This document shows, piece by piece, positions 38,337-47,529 of a DNA stretch of 64,000 bases. Below the pieces are notes generated by a model. The model was not told the origin of the DNA, made no database searches, and saw nothing but the letters and a program-made list of their open reading frames with translations. The stretch's first letter is position 1. Each line of letters opens with the position of its first letter. This DNA is from Patescibacteria group bacterium. Lineage in GTDB: Bacteria; Patescibacteriota; Patescibacteriia; UBA9934. A program made the position numbers and the translations under genes. The stretch lies in NCBI GenBank assembly GCA_041659765.1, contig JBAZXR010000001.1, positions 44,537-108,536 of the forward strand. Direction: 5' to 3'.

Positions 38337-38804
38337 ATGGCCGAAGTACAAAAAACATTAGTGTTGGTGAAACCAGACGCTTTGCAACGCGAACTTGCTG
38401 GTGAAGTTATTCACCGCTTGGAACGAAAGGGCCTCAAGATTGTGGCGATGAAAATGGCACATCTCGATGAAGTCACGCTCCGCGAGCACTACGGCCATCT
38501 CCAAGAGAAGGTTTGGTTCCCGTCACTCCTCCAGTTCATGATGCAGACCCCGGTGATTGCCATGGTGCTTGAAGGACTCGACGCGATTGAAACGGTCCGC
38601 CTCATTGTGGGCGCTACAAATCCACGTGCCGCTGACGCCGGAACTATCCGCGCCGACCTGTCCATGAACGTCCCTTCAAACATGGTCCACGCTTCTGACT
38701 CTATCGAAGCCGCCGCCGCCGAGGTGAAGCGTTTCTTTAAAGATGACGAGATTTTTGCCTACGAAAAGCTGACCGATAAGTTCCACTTTGGTGAGGGTGT
38801 GTAA
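38337..38804 (+). CDS. ndk: Nucleoside diphosphate kinase
   Basis: TLVLVKPDA, GATNP...GTIRAD, NMVHASDS; promoter TTGACC-17-TATCTT upstream. Confidence 0.96.
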   Translation: MAEVQKTLVLVKPDALQRELAGEVIHRLERKGLKIVAMKMAHLDEVTLREHYGHLQEKVWFPSLLQFMMQTPVIAMVLEGLDAIETVRLIVGATNPRAADAGTIRADLSMNVPSNMVHASDSIEAAAAEVKRFFKDDEIFAYEKLTDKFHFGEGV

Positions 38805-38822
38805 GAAGGGCTTGGAAGGCTG

Positions 38823-38858
38823 AAAAAGCGGCGCTATTGCGCCGTTTTTTGCTTTTTG
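38823..38858 (+). terminator. Terminator after ndk
   Basis: AAAAAGCGGCGC-TATT-GCGCCGTTTTT. Confidence 0.8.
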
Positions 38859-38915
38859 TTAGGGTCAAAGTCTCGTTCTATCCAAGAAAACGTCTAACCG
38901 TATTGGGGGGGAGTC

Positions 38916-40316
38916 ATGAATAAGGGGGCTGACGACGATTGGGTTGACGAGGCAGAGTTCGGCGATGGGTCGGAAATTGAATCCACCTTTCGTCCCTCGG
39001 ATGCACTCCGGTTTCTGTCTTTTCAGCGCGAGCTTGAATCGATCGAACGCCTCTGGGCCGCCTACAAGCGGCACCGGAAGCGCGGGGCGAAGATGAAGTC
39101 CGCTTTCTACCACGCGTGGAAGACGGTGCATCGGAGCGGGGAAGACGCTCTACCGTCGCTCGGCGCCAGAGATTTCTGGAGCTTGATCGTTGGTCGGACG
39201 GACTATTCGCAGCTGTACGCCGACACCATCGTGAGCGAGTACGCTCATCCGTTCAGGAAGAAACTGCGGGCTCACAACGGAGCAGCCAACCGGGTGAGTC
39301 CGGTAAAATTGCTTCAGTTGTGGATCCGGACCCGCGACCGCGTAGATCGACTCGGCCGTTTGGCGTGTTTCGAGGCGAAAAGAAACTACGTCTTCGGTTC
39401 ACAGTTCTCACAGATCCAGATCGCGGATCCTGACCAGTGGATTTCTGACGACGTCGTTGCCATCGACGAACTTTCACTCAACCGACTGTTCGTGCGCGAC
39501 GCTTCTCAAGACGTGTATACGGTGTTTGTGCTTGATACGCGTAAATATAATCGGCTCGTCAAGAGCAAGGTTCGGGTGACGCTGTCGTATGACGAGGCAA
39601 AGCGGTGGTTTGACGAGTGGACTGCTGTGGCACCCACTCATCATCTCGTGAAGATGGAGGAGCGTACCTGTCGGGTAGTGCGGGTGAAGGCCAAGAAGAA
39701 TCGTCCGGAGCGTCTGTACTACGTGGAAGATGATGATCGCCGCAAGCGTTCATTCTCCCGACTGCGGAAGTACGAACACCTCGCTTCCACTTGGGAGGAG
39801 GCGCACCCCGAAGAAGGCGTAGCGCACCCGCGCATCAACGACAGCCGCGGGATGCTTCTCACCGTTGTCTCGATTCACGAGGGTGATGAGCTCCGTCTCC
39901 CCACGCGTTCATGCGCGCTCGCACTCAAGCGGATCGCCAAACGGCGTATGTGGTCGAAGGCTCCGCTCTCGGTGCTTAGTGAGCAAGCACGGCCGCTCCG
40001 TCGTTTGAAAGACGCTGAAGGGACCCACCGCGACTCGAATCCTGATTACTGGGACGCGAAGATCATCGGCAACTACCGCTGGAAGGACGATGATCGGTTT
40101 GTCGAAGTGCTGGTGGAGCAGAAGTTCACCACGCTTCAAGACCGCATCAACGAGGAAAATGCCACGGACGACTTGAACCACGGCGTGCGTCGGGGGAAGC
40201 AGATCCTTCGGCTCCTCAAGTCCTACTTCCCGGTGGAGATCTATTCGGTCGATTGGGACTCCCAAGCGGTGCAGGACAGACTCCTCCGCTACTGGGAAGA
40301 GCGTTTCAGTGATTGA
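38916..40316 (+). CDS. Hypothetical protein with a divergent RelA/SpoT-like nucleotidyltransferase C-domain
   Basis: 466-aa ORF with SD and terminator; ordered motifs RxKxxxSxxxK, INDSRG, YWDAK, VEQKFTT, H. Confidence 0.55.
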   Translation: MNKGADDDWVDEAEFGDGSEIESTFRPSDALRFLSFQRELESIERLWAAYKRHRKRGAKMKSAFYHAWKTVHRSGEDALPSLGARDFWSLIVGRTDYSQLYADTIVSEYAHPFRKKLRAHNGAANRVSPVKLLQLWIRTRDRVDRLGRLACFEAKRNYVFGSQFSQIQIADPDQWISDDVVAIDELSLNRLFVRDASQDVYTVFVLDTRKYNRLVKSKVRVTLSYDEAKRWFDEWTAVAPTHHLVKMEERTCRVVRVKAKKNRPERLYYVEDDDRRKRSFSRLRKYEHLASTWEEAHPEEGVAHPRINDSRGMLLTVVSIHEGDELRLPTRSCALALKRIAKRRMWSKAPLSVLSEQARPLRRLKDAEGTHRDSNPDYWDAKIIGNYRWKDDDRFVEVLVEQKFTTLQDRINEENATDDLNHGVRRGKQILRLLKSYFPVEIYSVDWDSQAVQDRLLRYWEERFSD

Positions 40317-40320
40317 TCGT

Positions 40321-40365
40321 AACCGTGCCCCGGGCTCGAAGCCTGGGGCGCGGTTCCTCTTTTTT
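40321..40365 (+). terminator. Terminator
   Basis: AACCGTGCCCCGGGC-TCGAA-GCCTGGGGCGCGGTT plus a T-tract. Confidence 0.8.
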
Positions 40366-40388
40366 TAAGGCTCGTGTACTCTATTCAA

Positions 40389-40463
40389 GGGCGCAGAAAG
40401 TATTCGAAAAAATCTGTTAGGAGGTAATCCGACTCCAGATTTTTGCGAATGCTTTCGAAGCCC
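40389..40463 (+). repeat. SD-apex long hairpin element, copy 3
   Basis: GGGC-GCA-GAAAGTATTCG-A-AAAAATCTG-[TTAGGAGGTAATCCGACTC 40417-40435]-CAGATTTTT-G-CGAATGCTTTC-GAA-GCCC. Confidence 0.9.
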
Positions 40464-40485
40464 GATATCTGTTGAACCCAATCCT

Positions 40486-41031
40486 ATGAACATCGTCGTC
40501 TTACTTGGTACGGTTCGTAAAGGTCGTCAATCAGAAAAACCGTATAGAGTTATTTTAGATCTATTAAAAAAGAAAGGCGCTGAGGTGGTTGCGGTCGATT
40601 GCGCTGACCTCGACTTGCCGAGATTTGACGGCGAACGCTATGAACACGCAGGCGTAAAACTGCTCACGAGTGCGGTGGCCGCTGCTGACGCAATTATTGT
40701 TGTCACACCGGAATACAATCATTTCATTCCCGGGGTTCTGAAGGATGCGATTGATTTCTGTAGAAAGCGCGAAATCATGAGTAAGCCGTTGGCGACTGTT
40801 GGTGTCTCGAGTGGTGCGTTCGGGGGAGTGCGGGCTATTAAACAGCTCGAGGCTATTTGGATCGGTAGTAAGGGGATTGTCTTGCCGGTCTTTTTGCCAA
40901 CACCGATGATCGAACAATTCGATGAACAGAACCCTCCTACGGATTGGTTGGCAAAGGCAGAATCTTTTGTAGATCTCGCCATTCAAATGTTCACTGTTAT
41001 TGCTGAGGGAAAGAAAATCGTTGCGAAATAA
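40486..41031 (+). CDS. NADPH-dependent FMN reductase family protein
   Basis: LGTVRKGRQS, ADAIIVVTPEYNH.IPGVLKDAID, S.G.FGG.RA. Confidence 0.9.
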   Translation: MNIVVLLGTVRKGRQSEKPYRVILDLLKKKGAEVVAVDCADLDLPRFDGERYEHAGVKLLTSAVAAADAIIVVTPEYNHFIPGVLKDAIDFCRKREIMSKPLATVGVSSGAFGGVRAIKQLEAIWIGSKGIVLPVFLPTPMIEQFDEQNPPTDWLAKAESFVDLAIQMFTVIAEGKKIVAK

Positions 41032-41032
41032 T

Positions 41033-42331
41033 ATGAACATTTTGAAAGTCACGGGTGGAAAACCGCTTCACGGTTCAGTCAAAATTGCCGGTGCAAAGAA
41101 TGCCGCATCAAAAATGATGATCGCGTGCTTGCTGACTGCTGACGAAGTCACGCTCGAGAACGTGCCACTGCAGCAGGAGTCTGAAATCGCTCGCGAACTC
41201 ATTACCATGCTCGGCGCGAAGACTGAACTAGTCGACCACACCCTGAAGATTCAGGTGAAAGAGATCGCTACGACTTCAGCTATGCAACTGTCACGCAAGA
41301 ACCGCCTGGCGATTCTCGCGCTTGCGCCGTTGCTTCATCGTGCGGGGGAGGGCTATGTCCCAACCCTCGGTGGCGACAAAATTGGGCCTCGACCAGTGAA
41401 TTTTCATATTGATGTCCTTGAGAAAATGGGTGCAACTATTGAAGCGGATACTGAAGGGTACCGAGCAACGGTGAAAGGCGGTCTCAAAGGAACGCTGATT
41501 GAACTGCCATATCCATCAGTAGGTACGACTGAAACTGCGATTTTGGCTGGCGTGCTCGCGAAGGGTCGAACAGTGATTAAGAACGCGGCCATTGAATCCG
41601 AGATTCTCGATCTCATTTTGATGCTCCAGAAGATGGGCGCGATTATTGAGATGGGTGCTGGTCGTCATATTGAAATTACTGGGGTCGAAAAATTGCACGG
41701 CTGTACGCATCGCATTTTGCCGGATCGTATGGAGGCGGCGAGCTATGCTTCAATGGCACTTGCGACTCGTGGTGAGATCTTCTGCGAGGGTGCAGAACAT
41801 CGAGATATGATCACTTTTCTGAATGCTGTCCGACGAATGGGCGGGGAGTACGTTGTTGAAGAAAGCGGTATTCGTTTTATCGGCTCAAAGAAATATAACG
41901 GTTTGCAGATTGAAACCGATACGCATCCCGGTTTTATGACTGATTGGCAGCAACCGCTTGTCGTGGCGTTGACGCAGGCCGAGGGAACGAGCGTGGTACA
42001 CGAAACGGTTTTTCAGGAAAGATTCGCGTACGCAGAAGAACTCGTAAAGATGGGCGCGGATATTACGTTGTTCGAGAATTGTCTCGGCGAGGTGTCATGT
42101 CGCTTTAAGGACCAGAATTACAAGCACTCCGCAGTCATTAAGGGACCGACGGCGTTGAAGCCTGCGACTGAACTTAAAGTGCCAGATATCCGTGCTGGTC
42201 TTGCATATGTCATCGCCGCGCTCGTTGCTGACGGGGAGTCGACGCTGACTGGCATCGAGCATCTTGAGCGCGGGTACGAGGATTTGTTTGGTAAGCTTCG
42301 ATCAGTGGGTGCCGATATCTCTGTTGAATAA
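41033..42331 (+). CDS. murA: UDP-N-acetylglucosamine 1-carboxyvinyltransferase (Asp115 type)
   Basis: GAKNA, GGDKIGPRPVNFH, YPSVGTTE, PDRMEA, PGFMTDWQ, DIRAG, LERGYE. Confidence 0.95.
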   Translation: MNILKVTGGKPLHGSVKIAGAKNAASKMMIACLLTADEVTLENVPLQQESEIARELITMLGAKTELVDHTLKIQVKEIATTSAMQLSRKNRLAILALAPLLHRAGEGYVPTLGGDKIGPRPVNFHIDVLEKMGATIEADTEGYRATVKGGLKGTLIELPYPSVGTTETAILAGVLAKGRTVIKNAAIESEILDLILMLQKMGAIIEMGAGRHIEITGVEKLHGCTHRILPDRMEAASYASMALATRGEIFCEGAEHRDMITFLNAVRRMGGEYVVEESGIRFIGSKKYNGLQIETDTHPGFMTDWQQPLVVALTQAEGTSVVHETVFQERFAYAEELVKMGADITLFENCLGEVSCRFKDQNYKHSAVIKGPTALKPATELKVPDIRAGLAYVIAALVADGESTLTGIEHLERGYEDLFGKLRSVGADISVE

Positions 42332-42340
42332 TTTTCTTCC

Positions 42341-42417
42341 TGGGACGCAGAATGTTTTCGGAAAAATTGTTAGGAGGTAATCTGACACCAATTTTTACGA
42401 GAACATTCGTAGTCCCA
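42341..42417 (+). repeat. SD-apex long hairpin element, copy 4
   Basis: TGGGAC-GCA-GAATGTTTTCG-G-AAAAATTG-[TTAGGAGGTAATCTGACAC 42370-42388]-CAATTTTT-A-CGAGAACATTC-GTA-GTCCCA. Confidence 0.9.
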
Positions 42418-42438
42418 AAAAAAGCGTGGACAAAAACT

Positions 42439-43119
42439 ATGTTCTTATCTCTTCTCTTCACATCGCCATTTCTCGCTTTGGCCTGGGCCACGGCGTTGAT
42501 TTTGTCGCTCACTGTCCACGAGTTCGCGCACGCGCTCGTGGGGAAGTGGAGAGGAGACGATACCGCTGAACAGCTGGGGAGACTGACGTTGAACCCGCTA
42601 GCCCATCTCGATATCGCCGGCACGCTTATGTTACTTATTGTTGGTTTTGGTTGGGCTAAGCCGGTGCCATTTAATCCTACTCGCCTCAAGAATCCGCTGG
42701 CCGATGGAATTGCCATCGCGCTCGCTGGCCCCTTCGCCAACCTTATTTTGGCTGTTATTGCAGCCGGAGTTTTTCACGGACTCGCTAAGTCAGGGTCGCT
42801 CGATCCTAATTCTATCTTGCCGGCGTTCTTGATTTTTGTGCTGCTCGTGAACATGCTTTTACTTTTCTTTAACCTTATTCCAGTTCCACCGCTCGATGGC
42901 TCGAAGGTCCTCGATGCGGCGCTCGTGCATGGTAACGCGCTTCAGGCTCGCGACTGGTTGGAGGTGAATGGTCCGAAGATTCTGCTGGGTTTGGTTATTC
43001 TTTCTTTGGTGACTCCGTTTAATGTTTTTGTGGTGGTGCAGGCACCAGCCACCATCGCCTGCGATCAGCTCTCTCAAACGTCATGCCTGGGTCTTCTCGA
43101 GCAATATCTTGGAGAATAG
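42439..43119 (+). CDS. Site-2 protease (M50 family)
   Basis: HEFAH, GRLTLNPLAH, GWAKPVP, AGPFAN, FNLIPVPPLDGS; start reassigned to 42439. Confidence 0.92.
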   Translation: MFLSLLFTSPFLALAWATALILSLTVHEFAHALVGKWRGDDTAEQLGRLTLNPLAHLDIAGTLMLLIVGFGWAKPVPFNPTRLKNPLADGIAIALAGPFANLILAVIAAGVFHGLAKSGSLDPNSILPAFLIFVLLVNMLLLFFNLIPVPPLDGSKVLDAALVHGNALQARDWLEVNGPKILLGLVILSLVTPFNVFVVVQAPATIACDQLSQTSCLGLLEQYLGE

Positions 43120-43165
43120 CAGAGATTAGCGAAAATATTTGTTTTCTGCAGGGGGACAGTCCCGG

Positions 43166-43194
43166 TTGACCAATAATTTCTCTTATGTTAGAGT
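43166..43194 (+). promoter_or_regulatory. str operon promoter
   Basis: TTGACC-17-TAGAGT with extended TG. Confidence 0.7.
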
Positions 43195-43206
43195 TTTGCC
43201 ACTTTT

Positions 43207-43641
43207 ATGCCCACCATCAATCAACTCATTAGAAAGGGCCGTACGTCTGCTAAGCGCAAGAGCAAGTCTCCGGCCATGCAGTACACGCACGATTCCCTGC
43301 ACCGTTTGCGCACCGTTCTCCCTAAGGGGGCTCCGTTTAAGCGCGGCGTGTGTGTGAAGGTCACCACCATGACTCCAAAAAAGCCAAACTCGGCTTTGCG
43401 TAAGATTGCGCGTATTCGCCTTTCTAACGGCACGGAAGTCACGGCCTACATTCCTGGCGAAGGTCACAACCTCCAGGAACACTCCATTGTTATGATTCGC
43501 GGCGGACGTGTGAAGGACCTTCCTGGTGTGCGTTATCACATCGTGCGCGGACGCTATGACGCCACCGGCGTTGAGGGCCGCAACCGTAGCCGTTCACTGT
43601 ACGGTACAAAGAAACCAAAGGCTGCCAAGGCAAAGAAGTAA
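43207..43641 (+). CDS. rpsL: 30S ribosomal protein S12
   Basis: [30 protein letters not shown]. Confidence 0.98.
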   Translation: MPTINQLIRKGRTSAKRKSKSPAMQYTHDSLHRLRTVLPKGAPFKRGVCVKVTTMTPKKPNSALRKIARIRLSNGTEVTAYIPGEGHNLQEHSIVMIRGGRVKDLPGVRYHIVRGRYDATGVEGRNRSRSLYGTKKPKAAKAKK

Positions 43642-43724
43642 GGTTTAACTAAATTATTCAATAGTTCTCGAGTACCGCACACCACGCGGGAAGAAAAAAC
43701 GGGAACCCAAAACACTAATATAAT

Positions 43725-44192
43725 ATGCGTGGTAAAGCTGCTGTTAAGCGCGTTCTCATTCCCGACTTTAAGTATGGGAATGTTTTGGTTGCAAAGCTCA
43801 TCAATTACGTCATGAAGGATGGTAAGAAGTCTACGGCCGAACGGGTCGTGTATGATTGTTTTGCGATTGTTGCCGAGGAAACAAAAGAAGACCCAATGGT
43901 TGTCTTTGATAACGCTCTCAAAAACATCACGCCAACCGTTGAAGTGAAGAGCAAGCGCGTTGGTGGTGCTAACTACCAGGTGCCTATGCCGGTTCGCGGT
44001 GATCGCCGCTACGCTTTGGCGTACCGCTGGCTCCTGGACGCCGCTCGCGGCAAGAAGGGCAAGCCAATGGCCGAGAAGCTCGCAGAAGAGATTATGCTCG
44101 CCGCTAAGAATGAAGGTGACTCCGTGAAGAAGCGTGCCGACGTTCAGCGTATGGCTGATGCCAACCGTGCCTTCGCTCACTTCGCTCGGTAA
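43725..44192 (+). CDS. rpsG: 30S ribosomal protein S7
   Basis: GKKSTA, RVGGANYQVP, ANRAFAHF. Confidence 0.98.
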   Translation: MRGKAAVKRVLIPDFKYGNVLVAKLINYVMKDGKKSTAERVVYDCFAIVAEETKEDPMVVFDNALKNITPTVEVKSKRVGGANYQVPMPVRGDRRYALAYRWLLDAARGKKGKPMAEKLAEEIMLAAKNEGDSVKKRADVQRMADANRAFAHFAR

Positions 44193-44204
44193 TTTCCATT
44201 TTCT

Positions 44205-46307
44205 ATGAACCGTGATTATCCGTTAGAGCGAGTTCGCAACATCGGAATCATTGCGCACATTGACGCTGGTAAGACCACTACCACAGAGCGCGTGCTTTTC
44301 TACACCGGTAAGAAGCACAAGATTGGCGAAGTGCATGAGGGCGAAGCCACCATGGACTGGATGGAGCAGGAACAGGAGCGCGGTATCACTATTACGGCTG
44401 CGGCTACTACCTGTTTCTGGAAGGATCACCGCATTAACATTATTGACACCCCAGGACACGTGGACTTCACCGTTGAAGTTGAGCGTTCTTTGCGCGTGCT
44501 TGATGGCGGCGTGACCGTTTTTGACGGTGTGGCTGGCGTTGAACCGCAGTCAGAAACCGTGTGGCACCAGGCTGATAAATACGGCGTGCCACGCGTTTGT
44601 TATATCAACAAATTGGACCGCACGGGCGCAGACTTCTATAAGGACTTGGCGAGCATTCACGCCCGCCTCTCTACAAACGCACATCCTATTCAGTTGCCGA
44701 TTGGCGTTGAATCTGATTTCGTGGGTTTGATCGACCTTTTCACCCGCAAGGCCTACATCTATAAGGATGACCTCGGAAAAGAAATTGACGAGATTGAAGT
44801 GCCGGAGGAATACAAAGAGAAGGTTGAGAAGTTCCGCGCACAGCTTGTAGAGGCTTGTGTTGAGCATGATGAAACACTCATGGAGCGTTTCTTTGCTGGC
44901 GAAGAAATTTCTGTCCCAGAACTGAAGGCCGCGCTTCGCAAGGGCGTTATTGCCATGAAAGTATTTCCGGTTATTTGTGGTTCATCCTTGAAGAACAAGG
45001 GCGTTCAGCAGATGCTTGATGCGGTTGTCGATTTCCTACCGTCTCCGCTTGATCGTCCGGCCATTTCTGGTTTTAATCCGGACAATCCAGAGGAGTTGAT
45101 TGAATGTCCAGCTAAGGATGACGCACCATTTGCGGCGCTCGCCTTTAAGATTGCCGCTGATCCATTTGTGGGCAAGCTTGCTTTCTTCCGCGTGTACTCT
45201 GGCTCTGTGAAGTCTGGTTCATACATCTTGAACTCTTCTACCGGTGAGAAGGAGCGCTTGTCCCGCATTGTCCGCTTGCACGCTAACTCGCGTGAAGAAG
45301 TGGACCAGGTGTATGCCGGTGAAATTGCCGCTGCCGTAGGTTTGAAAGGCACCGCTACCGGTCAGACGCTCTGTGATCCGGATCACCCAATTGTTCTCGA
45401 GTCCATCACCTTTGCTGCTCCGGTTATTTCCCAGGCTGTTGAACCAAAGACGAAGGGCGATCAGGAACGCATGGGCATGGCACTTGGAAAACTCATGGAA
45501 GAAGATCCTACTTTCCATGTGAACACTGATCCCGATTCCAATCAGACGATTATTGCAGGCATGGGCGAGCTTCACCTTGAAATCATGGTGGATCGCATGA
45601 AGCGTGAATACTCGGTCGAAGTGAACGTCGGCAAGCCACAGGTAAGCTACCGTGAAACCATTCGCGCTTCAGCTGAAGGTGAAGGACGCTACATTAAGCA
45701 GTCTGGTGGTCGCGGTCAGTATGGTCACGCATGGTTGCGTGTAGAACCGTTCATTGATCCTGAAGGCGAGAACTTCGTCTTTGAGGACGAGGTGAAGGGC
45801 GGTGCAATTCCGCGCGAGTTCATTACCCCAATTGGTAAGGGCGCGCGTGAAGCGTGTGATCGCGGTGTGTTGGCAGGCTTCCCACTCATTAACATCAAGG
45901 CCACTGTTTTTGACGGTTCGTACCATGATGTTGACTCTAATGAAGCCGCCTTTAAGATGGCCGGCTCCATGGCTTTCCAGGCAGCTATTAAGAACGCTAA
46001 GCCAGTCTTGCTCGAGCCAATCATGAAAATCGAGGTGGTAACACCAGAAGACTTCATGGGTACAGTGGTTGGAGACTTGAACAGCAAGCGCGGACAGATT
46101 CAGGAGATGGGCGATCGCGGAAACATGAAGACCGTCCGCGCTCTTGTGCCTCTCGCTGAAATGTTCGGCTACGCTACAAACCTCCGTTCGTTGACCCAGG
46201 GTCGCGCCTCCTCCTCCATGGAGTTTGGCGAGTACCAGGAAACCCCACGCAACGTGACGGAAGCCATTATCAAAGAAAGAACGGGCAAGCTATCAGAAAG
46301 AGTGTAG
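44205..46307 (+). CDS. fusA: Elongation factor G
   Basis: [41 protein letters not shown]. Confidence 0.98.
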   Translation: MNRDYPLERVRNIGIIAHIDAGKTTTTERVLFYTGKKHKIGEVHEGEATMDWMEQEQERGITITAAATTCFWKDHRINIIDTPGHVDFTVEVERSLRVLDGGVTVFDGVAGVEPQSETVWHQADKYGVPRVCYINKLDRTGADFYKDLASIHARLSTNAHPIQLPIGVESDFVGLIDLFTRKAYIYKDDLGKEIDEIEVPEEYKEKVEKFRAQLVEACVEHDETLMERFFAGEEISVPELKAALRKGVIAMKVFPVICGSSLKNKGVQQMLDAVVDFLPSPLDRPAISGFNPDNPEELIECPAKDDAPFAALAFKIAADPFVGKLAFFRVYSGSVKSGSYILNSSTGEKERLSRIVRLHANSREEVDQVYAGEIAAAVGLKGTATGQTLCDPDHPIVLESITFAAPVISQAVEPKTKGDQERMGMALGKLMEEDPTFHVNTDPDSNQTIIAGMGELHLEIMVDRMKREYSVEVNVGKPQVSYRETIRASAEGEGRYIKQSGGRGQYGHAWLRVEPFIDPEGENFVFEDEVKGGAIPREFITPIGKGAREACDRGVLAGFPLINIKATVFDGSYHDVDSNEAAFKMAGSMAFQAAIKNAKPVLLEPIMKIEVVTPEDFMGTVVGDLNSKRGQIQEMGDRGNMKTVRALVPLAEMFGYATNLRSLTQGRASSSMEFGEYQETPRNVTEAIIKERTGKLSERV

Positions 46308-46311
46308 GAAA

Positions 46312-46345
46312 AAGCAAAGCACCCCTCACGGGGTGTTTTTGCTTT
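46312..46345 (+). terminator. Terminator after fusA
   Basis: AAAGCAAAGCACCC-CTCAC-GGGGTGTTTTTGCTTT. Confidence 0.75.
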
Positions 46346-46398
46346 ACAAAAGCTAAGTTTTTTGCTAGAGTTGCCGGTCCCTTTTATTGGAGGTAAAC

Positions 46399-46818
46399 GT
46401 GGACGAACCAACGTTTCTTGTTGTCGATGACGACCAGGCTAAGCTAGCTGGCGCCGTGGAGGTGGTGAAGGAGATTTTTCCCGGAGCGGATATCAAAGAA
46501 AGGCTCATTGGGTTCATGGAACCGTGGACCAGGCAGACGCTCGCGGAATATGTCCGTACCGAGGATCGTGACGTGGTCATCATGGACAATAGCTTGGGAA
46601 TGGTCTTGGGTGGTTCGATCGGCGGACCTCTCAGGAAGATGCTCGGTCCTGACCATTCCATGGAGCTCGTGATCTATAGCGGGGATCTCTCCGCTTGGAA
46701 GGGCTCACCGTTCGCCGGCGCACTTGGCCGTCTGGGCTGGCATTACGGAGCAACGCGTAAAGACGAGTTGCGGGAGACGCTCGTACAGTTGCGTCAAGAC
46801 AAGTTCTCAGGCAAATAG
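46399..46818 (+). CDS. Stand-alone receiver (CheY-like) domain protein, divergent
   Basis: GGAGGT-AAAC-GTG start; FLVVDDD, DVVIMDNSL, VIYSG and a later Lys in receiver-like order. Confidence 0.6.
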   Translation: MDEPTFLVVDDDQAKLAGAVEVVKEIFPGADIKERLIGFMEPWTRQTLAEYVRTEDRDVVIMDNSLGMVLGGSIGGPLRKMLGPDHSMELVIYSGDLSAWKGSPFAGALGRLGWHYGATRKDELRETLVQLRQDKFSGK

Positions 46819-46918
46819 CGTCGTTCGGATCCCGTCGTTGGCTTTGTGCCGACGGTGGGATTTTACTTTCCACCTATTTTTTTGACTTTGCGCACCTGAG
46901 TGTCTAAGCTTTCCGCAT

Positions 46919-47389
46919 ATGCAGAACTCCCAACTTGATCGATTGCTGAAATTAGCCAAGCGAACGGGCGACCGTCTCATAGTCACGAGTAATGACGGCG
47001 CCGAGCCGGTGGTCATCCTTCCGCTCGCTGAGTACGAAGGCATGTTAGACGCTATGACCTTTTTTCGCAGCGAAAAAGGGGGGAGCTCCAATCCCGCGTT
47101 TGAGGAAAATACAAACAACGAAGGCGGGTTTGACGCAGATGTTGAGAGAGGTCACGTGAGAAATGCCGTTACTGCTGAGGAGGCCGAAGGGGACTTCGAT
47201 CCGGTGGCTCTTGAACGCCAGGTAATGGCCGCCATGAACCGGGAGGAGCCAGAGGTCGTGCCGGTCGAAACTTCAGCAGAAAGCCAGGCTACGCCAGTTC
47301 CGGAAGAAACCACAAGAAAACCCATTACTCGTAAGGTAAATCAGCCGGAAGACGGGGGAGAAGAGCGGTTCTATCTGGAAGCAGTGTAA
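46919..47389 (+). CDS. Hypothetical protein with a Phd/YefM-like N-terminus and an acidic tail
   Basis: LAKRTGDRLIVT....EPVVILPLAEYE; C-terminal EERFYLEAV; promoter TTGACT-17-TAAGCT. Confidence 0.7.
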   Translation: MQNSQLDRLLKLAKRTGDRLIVTSNDGAEPVVILPLAEYEGMLDAMTFFRSEKGGSSNPAFEENTNNEGGFDADVERGHVRNAVTAEEAEGDFDPVALERQVMAAMNREEPEVVPVETSAESQATPVPEETTRKPITRKVNQPEDGGEERFYLEAV

Positions 47390-47418
47390 ACATTGGGGTT
47401 CTTCGTCCACCCAGCCCC

Positions 47419-47447
47419 TTGCGCGTTTTACTGAGCTTTGTTACACT
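47419..47447 (+). promoter_or_regulatory. tuf promoter
   Basis: TTGCGC-17-TACACT with extended TG. Confidence 0.6.
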
Positions 47448-47529
47448 CCTCCCGCATTTAAATCTTAGTATTTCATCATTCTTTGCGCCTTTTCTCCTCA
47501 CCCGGGGAAAAAACGCTCCATAAACTTGT

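Noticed and set aside
42352-42438. N-terminal extension of the site-2 protease ORF (and ORF 3021-3218)
   Set aside because: These extensions merely read through the hairpin elements; the downstream starts at 42439 and 3219 fit the protein family or the SD better.
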